Origin: Gammaproteobacteria bacterium
Lineage (GTDB): Bacteria > Pseudomonadota > Gammaproteobacteria > Eutrophobiales > Eutrophobiaceae
Reading direction: 5' to 3'
Assembly: GCA_965208655.1 (NCBI GenBank)
Contig: CBDBPJ010000006.1
Location: 117,167 to 181,166 of the forward strand
DNA: 64,000 nucleotides
The notes under the pieces are model-generated. The model was not told where the DNA came from. It ran no database searches and saw only the letters and a program-made list of their open reading frames with translations. The position numbers and the translations under genes are program-made. How positions within the stretch are numbered: position 1 is the first letter of the stretch; the number at the start of each line of letters is the position of its first letter. Positions 8,759 to 18,194 of this stretch are shown piece by piece.

Positions 8759-9228
8759 CTACTCGTCCTGGGCCAGGCGAAAGCCCATGCCGTCGTCGCG
8801 CGGCGCGCGGCTCGTGCGACCGGCCCTGTCGCGGTAGGCGGAACGCAGGTTCTCTGGAACGCTATACCGGGAACCGCCCCGAATCACGCGCAGGCTGCAG
8901 TCCCCACTCGTCAAGGCACTGCCATCTTTCGGCGCGCCCTTATAACTGTCATTCCAGCAATCCTGCACCCACTCCCACACGTTGCCGTGCATGTCATGCA
9001 ACCCCCAGGCATTGGCCGGGAAACTGCCTACCGGCGCAGTAGTGTCCCACGAGTCGCCACAATCATCATTATCACAGTTCGCCCGGTTGCTGCCGAGGTC
9101 GTTCCCCCAACTGTACCTCGTCTTGCTGCCGGCCCGGGCCGCATACTCCCATTCGGCCTCCGTCGGCAAACGGTAATTGCCGCCGGTCTTCTCGTTCAGC
9201 CAATCGATAAAGGATTGGGCATCGTCCG
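8759..9228 (-). pseudogene. DGR target 4: 5'-truncated FGE-sulfatase gene, VR identical to target 1
   Basis: Begins at DDAQSFIDWL; 3' end RVIRGGSRYSVPENLRSAYRDRAGRTSRAPRDDGMGFRLAQDE is the same as target 1. Confidence 0.85.
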
Positions 9229-9261
9229 AAATCCAGACCATCAGGGGACAATGCCACTAGC

Positions 9262-9347
9262 AGTCGGCCGGCGTCGTTTCCCCTTGCCGGCCTTGTAGTA
9301 CGCCGTATACAGGTTGTCCATGACCACCACCTCCCGATGCGGCGCAT
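9262..9347 (-). pseudogene. DGR RT N-terminal remnant
   Basis: ATG at 9347: MRRIG(fs)EVVVMDNLYTAYYKAGKGKRRRP, matching the typical DGR RT N-terminus. Confidence 0.75.
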
Positions 9348-9464
9348 GGCTCAGCCAGGCGCCGATTGGCAGCGATGACATCCTGTCACTGTGTCTGTCC
9401 CGGCTTACCGTGGAAGGGATACCCGGATGACATACTCTTTGCCTGCCATACCGTACAACAGTTT

Positions 9465-9491
9465 GAATTAAGTGTTGCGTCCCCGGAATTC
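9465..9491. repeat. REP/MITE-like end GAATTAAGTGTTGCGTCCCCGGAATTC
   Basis: Similar to the inverted pair at 43749-43887. Confidence 0.6.
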
Positions 9492-9641
9492 TCTGGAATT
9501 CCCTTCTGCGGTTCCTGTTTTGCAATCTCAGCATTAAAGCGGGTTTTCGCCTTCGTCACAGTCTAATTCGCGGGCTGTTTCAACGAATCGCTTGTGCTGA
9601 ATGCTTTTGTCTTTTGTAGTCATTGAATGTCAGCCCACCCA

Positions 9642-10109
9642 TCATAATGGCGGACATTCGCGACTTATGATTTCACGCTGACTGCAATTCGGAGAGTATT
9701 GTTGCCCAGGGTTATAAAAAGGGATGTCTGGACGATAATCTGGTTTTAATGTCTCATCATGTTCACACGATGGGTATGTGATTGGGACCTCTCCTGCTGG
9801 AGTATGTTTGACTACATCCTTCATGATGCATCTTTCATAGGGACCGCACGTTACATATTCACAAGATTTTGAATTTTGGTCTTGTGCAAAAGCACTTTTC
9901 AGACCGCTAAAAAAACCGTATATTATTAGTATCGCAACGGCAAAGATGACGATTCCGGCTATTGCATCTTTATTGCCCTCTGAATCATTTATACCTGTGT
10001 CGTTATCTACATAATCCCAATTTGTTTTGGTTTCTGAGTTGGTCTGTGATGCTCTTTCCGCACTTTCCAGTTCTGCCTCCCACTTTGCAAGTTTATGTAT
10101 GATGTTCAT
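9642..10109 (-). CDS. Hypothetical membrane protein with Cys-rich C-terminus
   Basis: RBS GGGGG; one TM segment; low GC. Confidence 0.55.
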   Translation of the reverse strand: MNIIHKLAKWEAELESAERASQTNSETKTNWDYVDNDTGINDSEGNKDAIAGIVIFAVAILIIYGFFSGLKSAFAQDQNSKSCEYVTCGPYERCIMKDVVKHTPAGEVPITYPSCEHDETLKPDYRPDIPFYNPGQQYSPNCSQREIISRECPPL

Positions 10110-10235
10110 TGTCTAACCCCCTGTATTACGTAGTTAAGTAGCTTTCTGTTTTTCGTATTTTGTGCATTGTGCGACCTGACCCCGTTTGCTTGTTCCTAAT
10201 CCGCGATTAGTCCCTTATCAGCCACACTACAGAAT

Positions 10236-11543
10236 TCATTTCTCATTGAGCGACTTGTTTTGCGGTTTCGCTTCCTCACTTTCGGTATTTTCTGCTTCAT
10301 TACGATCTTCTCTCTTCTTGGGATAAGGCTTCTTTTTGGTTACTTTGTGTTCAAACTCGTAAGTGAAGAATAAGATATCAGCCCTGAATTTGTTTGTTGT
10401 CGTAGTCTCTGTAGTTTCCGCCCGACGATTAGGACGATAAACTTTCACCGCCGCTTTCTCACCATACAGTGACCAACAATTGTAAACTATTCCGCCTGTG
10501 GATTGGTCGGGTTCAGTCGAACGTACGCATTTCCACTCAGGCATTACATTTCGGTTTTTTATTGTTGGGAACCCGCCGAATTTAAATGCACCAGAATGAT
10601 AGTTGACTAATATGTAAATATATTTAGGTCCGCGCGTGTTTTGAGGAAAAGGCAAAGAAGGTTCATTGGTGGGAACACTACTGGAGTAAAAAACATTTGC
10701 CCCCATAAGCAATTCATGACCACAATAAGAAGGAATATAATTGGGATAGGGATATACCAGACAACTTAATGACGTATTTTCACCATAGATTGATCTACAG
10801 GCGTAATCAATCGGCCCGTCGATATGCGACAGGTCAACAACTTTTTCACACTTCCACTCAACAGGATTATTACTTCCTTGTTCATCGCAACCAACTGGCT
10901 CAAGTATTAATTGTGAATCATCACTCCTCCCCAAAGTTTCAACCCCGTCAGTTTTTGTGTTCAAATATCCTTGAAGTGAGACAGTAAGAGCCCTCTCAAT
11001 TTGAGTATCGATAGCTGGGTTTAGTTCTTTCAAATCATCGGTCACATCATCGAAAATGGGATGGAGATCGAGAACGGATGCGCATTGGAATTGGTATCCA
11101 CTGGTGTTATCCTTCGAAATCTCGGCATTGCCTTGGGCAACAATGCTCGGCGCAAGTAGGACGAGATGGCATAGCGCGAGCAGCCGACCGAGCATTACCT
11201 GAGCAAAACACCTATGCGTAGATGTAACGATCCTGCATGAGGCAAGCGCTTTTTGTGTAGGAATTTTCGCAAGAAAATTGCATCTACTCAAAGGTACCGA
11301 CGTACAGTTCATCACGCTTCTGCAACGCATGGCGTATCCGCCCCCTTTCATCGAGGATGAGTCGGGTTTTGGAAAGTTGGTTGAGGAAGGCACGGCAGAC
11401 TTATCTTCAGTTGGCGTGTTCTTCATCATCACAATTCTCCAAAGCATACTTGCCATGCTTTCAGTAGCAAAAACCCAATGTTCAAGAAGGTTGTGCAGCA
11501 TAAAAGTTGTTATGTATGAGAGGGAATCCTGATAGACAGCCAT
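10236..11543 (-). CDS. Hypothetical secreted protein (true start probably downstream, near MLGRLLAL)
   Basis: Long low-GC ORF; signal-like segment; internal repeat EWKC...Y.C.S.YGE. Confidence 0.55.
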   Translation of the reverse strand: MAVYQDSLSYITTFMLHNLLEHWVFATESMASMLWRIVMMKNTPTEDKSAVPSSTNFPKPDSSSMKGGGYAMRCRSVMNCTSVPLSRCNFLAKIPTQKALASCRIVTSTHRCFAQVMLGRLLALCHLVLLAPSIVAQGNAEISKDNTSGYQFQCASVLDLHPIFDDVTDDLKELNPAIDTQIERALTVSLQGYLNTKTDGVETLGRSDDSQLILEPVGCDEQGSNNPVEWKCEKVVDLSHIDGPIDYACRSIYGENTSLSCLVYPYPNYIPSYCGHELLMGANVFYSSSVPTNEPSLPFPQNTRGPKYIYILVNYHSGAFKFGGFPTIKNRNVMPEWKCVRSTEPDQSTGGIVYNCWSLYGEKAAVKVYRPNRRAETTETTTTNKFRADILFFTYEFEHKVTKKKPYPKKREDRNEAENTESEEAKPQNKSLNEK

Positions 11544-11572
11544 GTGCAGTTATCAGCTGTCACGCCTTCGTT

Positions 11573-13435
11573 CTACTCGTCCTGGGCCAGACGGAAGCCA
11601 AGGTAATTGTGGCGGCTCGAGCGGTCGCGCCAGTAGCGGTTGGCGGAACGCAGGGTCCCCGGAGAATCGGCCCAGCCGCCCCAGGAGCCGCCCCGAAACA
11701 CGCGTAGGCTGCACTCCTCACTCGTCCAGGCGCTGCCATCCGTCGGAGCGCCCTCATAACTGTTATTCCAGCAATCCTGTACCCACTCCCACACGTTGCC
11801 GTGCATGTCATGCAACCCCCAGGCATTGGCAGGGAAACTGCCCACTGGCGCAGTCTGTCTATCGTCCCACTGACTACCGCATCCATCACAGTTCGCCAAG
11901 TTGTGCCCTATGTCATCCCCCCAACTGTACTCCGTGGTGCTACCGGCACGGGCCGCATACTCCCACTCCGCTTCCGTCGGCAAGCGATAATTGCCGCCGG
12001 TCTTGCTGTTCAGCCAGTCAATGAAGGATTGGACATCGTCCCAGGAGACATAGATGACCGGGAGGCTGCCGCGGCCCCAGCCTTTATCATCCGGCGTGTA
12101 ACCGCCACAACCCCCGTCCGCCACACAGGCGTCCCACTGGGCAAACGTCACTTCGTGCTTGCCCAGCTGGAAGGCCGGCACCGTGACGCTGTGGACGGGT
12201 GTCTCATCACCATTACCCGCCCCGCTCAAATCCCCCATGCGGAAGATGCCGCCGGGGATGGCGACCATTTCACCGGCGTATTGCCTTGCTTCCGCTTCGG
12301 CTTGCTCTCTTTTTTTCTGCATCTCCGTCCAGTCTGCTAAAGTCATGCCCCCCAGTAACGCCAGCAATGCCGATGATACGCCGTTCTCCCGCGCCGTGTT
12401 AGCATCGCCGTACCTCGCTTTCGCCACTTCCACCGGCGTCTTGCCCTTTGGCCCCTTAATAGTGACATCAGCGCCGGCCTTCATCAGCAGTTCGATTATT
12501 TCCGTGTGCCCGTGCGCCGCTGCCATGAACAGCGCCGTGGCGCCGTCCGGGGCGCGAACGTCCATGTCCGCCTGCGCCTCCAGCAACTCTGAGACCAGCA
12601 CCAGATAACCCTTGTTCACCGTATGCATCAGCGCGGTCCAGCCGCGGCTATCGCGTGCGTCCAGGTCTACGCCGGCAGTAATAGCCGCTTTCAGGACCTC
12701 GATATCGCCCGACTGCACGGCATTGTGCAGGGCATCCGGTGAGACCGGGGGAGGGACGTTCGCTGCTGGTGGGGCGGGGGTTTGCGTTGTCCCGGCAGTT
12801 GTTGTTTCGCTTCCGGTTTGCGCAACGCCCTGTTGTTCTGCGGCTGCTTGTATGGCGCGCAGTGATTGTGGAGTCAGTGTATCCGTTTGCGGCAGCCCCA
12901 TATCACGCAGGAACGCCTGGTAAGCCGTCTTCGTGCTTGAGGTCCAGACGCCATCCGCCGGGCCGGGCTGGTAGCCGAGAGCGGCCAACAGGGACTGTGC
13001 CGCGCGTATCGCCTGCGGGGGTGGTTGGCCTGTGTCCTGTGCAGAGGATGATTCTTCGGTCTGCGCGATGGCCCCGCCGGGCTGCCAGGCCGCGGCTTTC
13101 TGTTGGGCTGTCGCCACCTGCGCCGGCGTCATCTGCGCGGCCAGTGCATCCCGCTCTTCCAGGGCCGCCGCCTCACCGCGGCTGGCTGCCAGGTTGAGCC
13201 ACTTGTGCGCCTCGACGTAGTCCTGCACCACACCCAGGCCCTGGCGGTACAGCCGCCCGAGTTCGAGCATCGCCCGGCGATCGCCGGCATCGCCCGCATC
13301 TCGCCAGTGGGACAGCGCCTCGTCCACGTTGCCTGCGTCCCAGGCCTGCTGGCCGGCCTCGAAATCCGCGCTTGCATGGGGTACTGCAATGAGCGCGAAT
13401 GTCAGGATTGCCGTTCGGATGATAGTTATGTGCAT
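11573..13435 (-). CDS. DGR target 5: signal peptide + Sel1 repeat + peptidoglycan-binding + ankyrin repeats + FGE-sulfatase (CLec)
   Basis: LGRLYRQGLGVVQDYVEAHKWLNLAA (Sel1); LAALGYQPGPADG (PG_binding_1); GWTALM/GATALFMAA/GKTPV (ankyrin); CLec core ending GFRLAQDE*. Confidence 0.9.
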   Translation of the reverse strand: MHITIIRTAILTFALIAVPHASADFEAGQQAWDAGNVDEALSHWRDAGDAGDRRAMLELGRLYRQGLGVVQDYVEAHKWLNLAASRGEAAALEERDALAAQMTPAQVATAQQKAAAWQPGGAIAQTEESSSAQDTGQPPPQAIRAAQSLLAALGYQPGPADGVWTSSTKTAYQAFLRDMGLPQTDTLTPQSLRAIQAAAEQQGVAQTGSETTTAGTTQTPAPPAANVPPPVSPDALHNAVQSGDIEVLKAAITAGVDLDARDSRGWTALMHTVNKGYLVLVSELLEAQADMDVRAPDGATALFMAAAHGHTEIIELLMKAGADVTIKGPKGKTPVEVAKARYGDANTARENGVSSALLALLGGMTLADWTEMQKKREQAEAEARQYAGEMVAIPGGIFRMGDLSGAGNGDETPVHSVTVPAFQLGKHEVTFAQWDACVADGGCGGYTPDDKGWGRGSLPVIYVSWDDVQSFIDWLNSKTGGNYRLPTEAEWEYAARAGSTTEYSWGDDIGHNLANCDGCGSQWDDRQTAPVGSFPANAWGLHDMHGNVWEWVQDCWNNSYEGAPTDGSAWTSEECSLRVFRGGSWGGWADSPGTLRSANRYWRDRSSRHNYLGFRLAQDE

Positions 13436-13485
13436 AGTCCAATCCCGTATTTTATTCATGTGTGGCCAATATCGGGCAGCGCACA

Positions 13486-14910
13486 CTACTCCGCCCTTTT
13501 CCAATATGTCGTGCCGTCCGGTCTCGTGCACTTTGTCGGGCGGCCGCAATCCTCACCCCTCCCATTATGGCAATAACGGAATTCACACGTATCGTACCCG
13601 CCACCGGACGTTGTGCCGGTCGTTCCGCCCCCACCGTATGTCCGGTTCACCTGATCGGCAAGACCTCTGAGCGATTCTGCCGTGTTCTGTAACGCCTGCC
13701 GCCGGTATTCCGCTTGCTGGCGCTGTTCCGCAAGGTCGTACTCCCGCTGACGCTGACGCTCTCGCTCGTCGAGTCGCCGTCGTTCCTCCCGCCTCGCCAA
13801 CCGCTCACGTTCCTCCTCCTCTTCCAGACGCGCCTGGCGTTCGCGTTCTTCCTCCTCCAACCGCAGCCGCGCCGCCTCCTGCGCTTCCAGGTCGTTCAAC
13901 GCGGACAGGTAGTCGCCGGGGACAGTGGCATCGTCGTAGGATGCCTGGTCCGTCTCTTCATTCGGACACTCGTTGCGCTGCATCCGCGCCCGCATCAGCT
14001 CGTACAGGCCGTGGCGCGTCGTGACCTCGTACACGCCCCAGCAGTCAGCGGCAAAGACGCCGACCCGCGCCGCGTCCCGGTCTGCCTCGCTGTAACGGTC
14101 ATCGGAGTTATCCCAGCCCGACCAGCCGTCGTCTTCGGTCCACTTCCCGGCGACCCAGTCGGCTGCCCCGGTCCGTGGGGAGTCCGCAACCTTACCGGCG
14201 GCGGGACTCGCTGCGCCTGCGTCTCCGAAACATTCGGGCGGCAGGGTCTCTGGGTCCACGACGCCGTAGCAGTGCGGGTGGGCGTCCTGTTTGGCCATGA
14301 CCCATTGCTCGAAGTCCCAGGAAGAGTCGGCAGGCTTAGCGCCGGCAGCGCCAGGTTCCTGACCGGTTTTTCCGGTCAGCGTGGCGGGGGACATCGGCCG
14401 GGGCTCAAGGTTGGATGCCGCGAATGTTGTCTTGGTCGGCGTCGGCAAGGGGTCCCCCTCCAGCAGCGAGGCATCGCTCCAGCCGCCGTTCTTATCACCT
14501 CCGTCGGTCGCCAGCGCCGCACGCGCATCGGTGAGACGCTCCCCGGTCCCGCTGACAAAACGTTTAATCTTCTGCTTTGCTGATTTCAACCTATTGGCAA
14601 TTGCTTGCGGGGCTTCCAAGACCGGAAACGCCCGCTTAACCAGCTTCCCCGGCGTCTTTGCCACTTCCCCCATGAGCTCGGAGACCGTTTCATCATCGCC
14701 TTCGATGAAGGCGCTGACCATCTCACCAAAGAGGTCGGTGGTCTCCGCCAGGGTCTCCTTCAGGGAATGGCCGGCGCCGGCGGTTCCCACGCCGCCGCTC
14801 AATCCGGCCCCGGCGGGGAGTGCGCACAACAGCAGGGCGCCCGCTACCAGAGTCACGGCGAGGCGCAAGGTGCGCGGGGGACGGCTTTTCAGGCAGTTCA
14901 TATCTATCAT
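13486..14910 (-). CDS. Hypothetical secreted protein with coiled-coil and Cys-rich C-terminus
   Basis: Signal peptide; E/R-rich coil; probably operonic with target 5. Confidence 0.7.
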   Translation of the reverse strand: MIDMNCLKSRPPRTLRLAVTLVAGALLLCALPAGAGLSGGVGTAGAGHSLKETLAETTDLFGEMVSAFIEGDDETVSELMGEVAKTPGKLVKRAFPVLEAPQAIANRLKSAKQKIKRFVSGTGERLTDARAALATDGGDKNGGWSDASLLEGDPLPTPTKTTFAASNLEPRPMSPATLTGKTGQEPGAAGAKPADSSWDFEQWVMAKQDAHPHCYGVVDPETLPPECFGDAGAASPAAGKVADSPRTGAADWVAGKWTEDDGWSGWDNSDDRYSEADRDAARVGVFAADCWGVYEVTTRHGLYELMRARMQRNECPNEETDQASYDDATVPGDYLSALNDLEAQEAARLRLEEEERERQARLEEEEERERLARREERRRLDERERQRQREYDLAEQRQQAEYRRQALQNTAESLRGLADQVNRTYGGGGTTGTTSGGGYDTCEFRYCHNGRGEDCGRPTKCTRPDGTTYWKRAE

Positions 14911-14948
14911 CAGTGTGTCCTCCGTTGCCGGTGTGGGTTATAACTCCC

Positions 14949-15884
14949 TCATTCAAGCAACGCTACCAGCATAAGGCGGCGCAGCGCGCAGATGTCGGTG
15001 TTGAGGCCGCACACGGCCAGCACGTAGGTGTCGCCGTCAGTAGTGAGGGAGCCGATGAGCAGTCGGCCTTGCCCCTCTGCCTCAAGTGCCATGTCGAGGG
15101 TGAGTTCAGTAGCAAAGCCGGCGGGCAGGGTTGCGAGCGCGGCGGCGGTGTCCGCATCGGTGTCGGGCGCCGCGGCTGTCAACACGGCCGGGTCGCGTGC
15201 GACAAGGGCATCCTCAATCGCGACCAGAACAGGCCGCAGCCATGGCCGCGCCTCGTCGGTCCACTGCGCCCGTTGCGTCAGGTTCCAGGCCAGGCGAGGC
15301 AGGGCCGCGCGCAGGGCCGCCGCGGCATCAGCAAACGTGGCGGCAGCGCGGCCGGGCTTGGTCGCACCAGGCGGGTGGGCCAGGCGGAAGGCGTCCAGGC
15401 GTGCCGCCGTGGTTCGGGACAGCGCCCCGACCGCGCCGTCCTGAGCCGATATCCAGGCCGGTTCGACCGCTACCTCAGCATCCGGCTCTGCCAGCCGCTC
15501 GCCGGGCAGGGCGCGGGCCGAGACCACGCGATAACCCGCTTCCTCCCGCGTCCACAGGGTGAGCACGGCGATATCGAGCAACGGGTCGTAGTAGAGCGCG
15601 GCCGGGCCGGTTGAGCGCAGGCGACCGAGCTTGACGATGGCGTTTGCAAAGGACGGACTCCACAACGCGGGCAGCGTTTCGCGGGCGACCATCCCCGCAC
15701 CGGGCAGGGCGGACAATACCTCCAATGCCCGCTCATCACCCGTCACAACCGCAGAACGCAAGGCAAGCGCCGAGGCGGCAAATTGGCGGGCGGGCGACTC
15801 CTCGGCTGAGTGCGCAGGCGCTGCAAGGAGCATGACCGCTACAGCAACCGGCAGGAGAAATCCCCGGAAGCGCTTATTCATCAT
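14949..15884 (-). CDS. Hypothetical secreted protein
   Basis: MMNKRFRGFLLPVAVAVMLLAAPAHSA signal peptide; 311-aa ORF. Confidence 0.7.
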   Translation of the reverse strand: MMNKRFRGFLLPVAVAVMLLAAPAHSAEESPARQFAASALALRSAVVTGDERALEVLSALPGAGMVARETLPALWSPSFANAIVKLGRLRSTGPAALYYDPLLDIAVLTLWTREEAGYRVVSARALPGERLAEPDAEVAVEPAWISAQDGAVGALSRTTAARLDAFRLAHPPGATKPGRAAATFADAAAALRAALPRLAWNLTQRAQWTDEARPWLRPVLVAIEDALVARDPAVLTAAAPDTDADTAAALATLPAGFATELTLDMALEAEGQGRLLIGSLTTDGDTYVLAVCGLNTDICALRRLMLVALLE

Positions 15885-16399
15885 CGCAGCGCCGGCCTGG
15901 CCGATAACAGGCGCGCAAAGACGCCGGCTCGGGGCGGCGGAAGCATCCGGGGTAATACGGATGATGCTTTGAAACGGGATTGTTCGGGACTTCCGGTGTC
16001 GGAAGCGGCTGACGCAGTCAGGAATCGTTCAGCAATCTTTTCTTTAAACGATGTGAGATAGTTATTATAACTATATGAAAATAAAATATTTATATGTATA
16101 TGGGGGGGGGGGGAGATCAAGCGCGCTGTACGCAATGCGATGTGCGAACAGGAAACTGCCTGCGCCGGACAAGTGTTCCAATGTCTTAATCACATACACA
16201 ACAATTATCTATAGCACTTGAATATAATGATGTCAATACCCTCCTTTGGCACTCTCTCTCTCACTCTCTCTCACTCAGTCTGCTCAGTCTGCCGCCCGGT
16301 TCATCATCATGACGGATGGCGCACCAGGCACTGCGGTCCGGCTCAAGACCGGCCCAAGCCAGGCGCTCGAAGCTGTCCAGCACATCATCAATGTCTGGC

Positions 16400-17090
16400 T
16401 GGCTGGGATTATCCTCTGGCGGCCAGCAATGCCGGGTCTGCCGGTGGCGGCGGTTTGCGCCAGGGAGTAACAAGCCGACAACCAAACCCGCCGGACACCT
16501 GTACCCGTAATCAGTCGCCGAGAGACAATCCCGCGGCTTGCGCTTGCGATTTCCGGTCGTCACGCGTCGCCGTATCCACGCGCAAGGCAATCATCCGACC
16601 CTGCGGCGCATGTAATGTGGTGCGTTCAGCCATTGGAATTTGTCAGCGGATCATCAGGCCCCGTTACAAACGGGGGGATCAAAGGGGGGACGCCCCCCTT
16701 GCAAGCACCCTGTATTCATGCGCAGCATGTAATACAGGGGTATACTCCCCTCCGTGAACGACAGTAACCGACTGTGAACGTGTTGTTCCCTGTAAGGATA
16801 ATCCGATGGTCTGTCGGATAACATCTCACAAGGCGTATCCGGTCGTTCGATTAGCGGGCGCTTATCCATCGTTGCCCACCCGGCCAGGCGGTTCACCCAA
16901 TACCGCATGAGCCGGAGCCGGCTGGCGCGTTTGGCCTGGTTCTTCTTGTACAACCTGTCCAAATCAACAACCAGGGCACGCAGGTCCACCCCTCGCAATA
17001 CGGCCCGAAGTCCGCCAGCAACGCCTCGCTAATCAGGGCAACCGCATACGTTCGGATTCTGCCACAGTGAACAGCAATCCGGCTGGAAAG
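16400..17090 (-). mobile_element. Degenerate mobilization module copy B
   Basis: Homolog of the small ORF (VDLRALVVDLDRL...NQAKRASRL), oriT-like GCAAGGGGGCGTCCCCCC region and frameshifted mobC. Confidence 0.65.
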
Positions 17091-18125
17091 CCCACCTCGT
17101 CTTTTGCGCAACTGGTCATTCCCGCAGCTTGCGCAGGACAATAACCCGGATTCATAACGTATGCGGTGATCCTGTCTGCGGAGTGAAAAAAAAACTTGAC
17201 TGCGCTGTCCATGGACTATACTTAACAGTAAGAGTACTGCTCTTGAGTAAGTGGGAGATTACGTCATGTCTGTGACCTGGTGTAACGCTTATTTTTCAGT
17301 CGGCAGGACTCATCCGATGCGTTTCATCCGCGGATGGCGCCTGCAGGCAACAACACTGCTTCTGGCAGCGACAGCCTTCTTTTTACCTGCCGTCTCATCC
17401 GCCCAGTCGATCACCGGTTTCACCCTTAACGACGTGGGTCCTGTCCAGGGTATAGAGCAGCTCACTGTGCAGTTCATGACCATCGCCGATGATGTTCCCT
17501 CGTCGGTTATGGGCGTTTACCCGCTGCGCATCGAGGACCGCGACACCGGGTACGGGACAGGTTTTACACAGGGGCTCGGCACGCTGTCGATGGGCGGGGA
17601 TGTCGGGATGGAACCGCGCGGGTGGATGGCGGGGGTGGGGGTAAAAGGCGATATCCTCGACCGCTCGAGCGTGACCGGCCCGGATCTGGCGCTGGTCGGC
17701 GATGCGTTATGGCGCTCGAGGTCGTTGGCGCAACCCGGGGAGCGCGTATCCTCGCTTGTGGCCACGACGCACCTGCGGCTGGGCATTGAGAGCGGCTGGA
17801 CGTACGCACTGCCGAGGGGCGGTTCCTTGCGGCCGCGCCTGGAAGCCGGGGCGCGCCGGGACGGCGCCGGTGCCCAATCCGCCTTCGGGGTGGTGCTGGG
17901 TGGCGGGATCGCCTGGAAGCATCCGCGTCTGGGCCTTGCGTTGGACGTATCGGGGAGGGCGCTGGTCTCGTATGAGGCCGGCGGCATCCGGCGCCGGGGC
18001 CTGGCGGCGGAACTGATATTGCTCCCGCACGCGGGGCACGACGTCGGTCTGGAGGTCACGGCTCGCTGGTGAACCGGAGCCCGTCCGTCAGGCCTGTTTT
18101 AACCCGGATATCCCATTGATGCGAT
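16590..18125. repeat. ~1.5 kb inverted repeat arm 1 (partner ~34270-35785)
   Basis: Shares mob module, intergenic region and a near-identical 273-aa ORF with the partner in opposite orientation. Confidence 0.9.
17251..18072 (+). CDS. Short exported protein with autotransporter-like beta-strands
   Basis: Signal peptide (…PAVSSA); PDLALVGDALW, LRLGIES, GARRDGAGAQSAFGVVLGGG, C-terminal LEVTARW. Confidence 0.65.
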   Translation: MGDYVMSVTWCNAYFSVGRTHPMRFIRGWRLQATTLLLAATAFFLPAVSSAQSITGFTLNDVGPVQGIEQLTVQFMTIADDVPSSVMGVYPLRIEDRDTGYGTGFTQGLGTLSMGGDVGMEPRGWMAGVGVKGDILDRSSVTGPDLALVGDALWRSRSLAQPGERVSSLVATTHLRLGIESGWTYALPRGGSLRPRLEAGARRDGAGAQSAFGVVLGGGIAWKHPRLGLALDVSGRALVSYEAGGIRRRGLAAELILLPHAGHDVGLEVTARW

Positions 18126-18194
18126 GCGCGCGCAGGATTCTGATGTGCGCCTTCCCTGGCGGCCACAAGACAAGCGAGGACGTATCAAGCGCAT

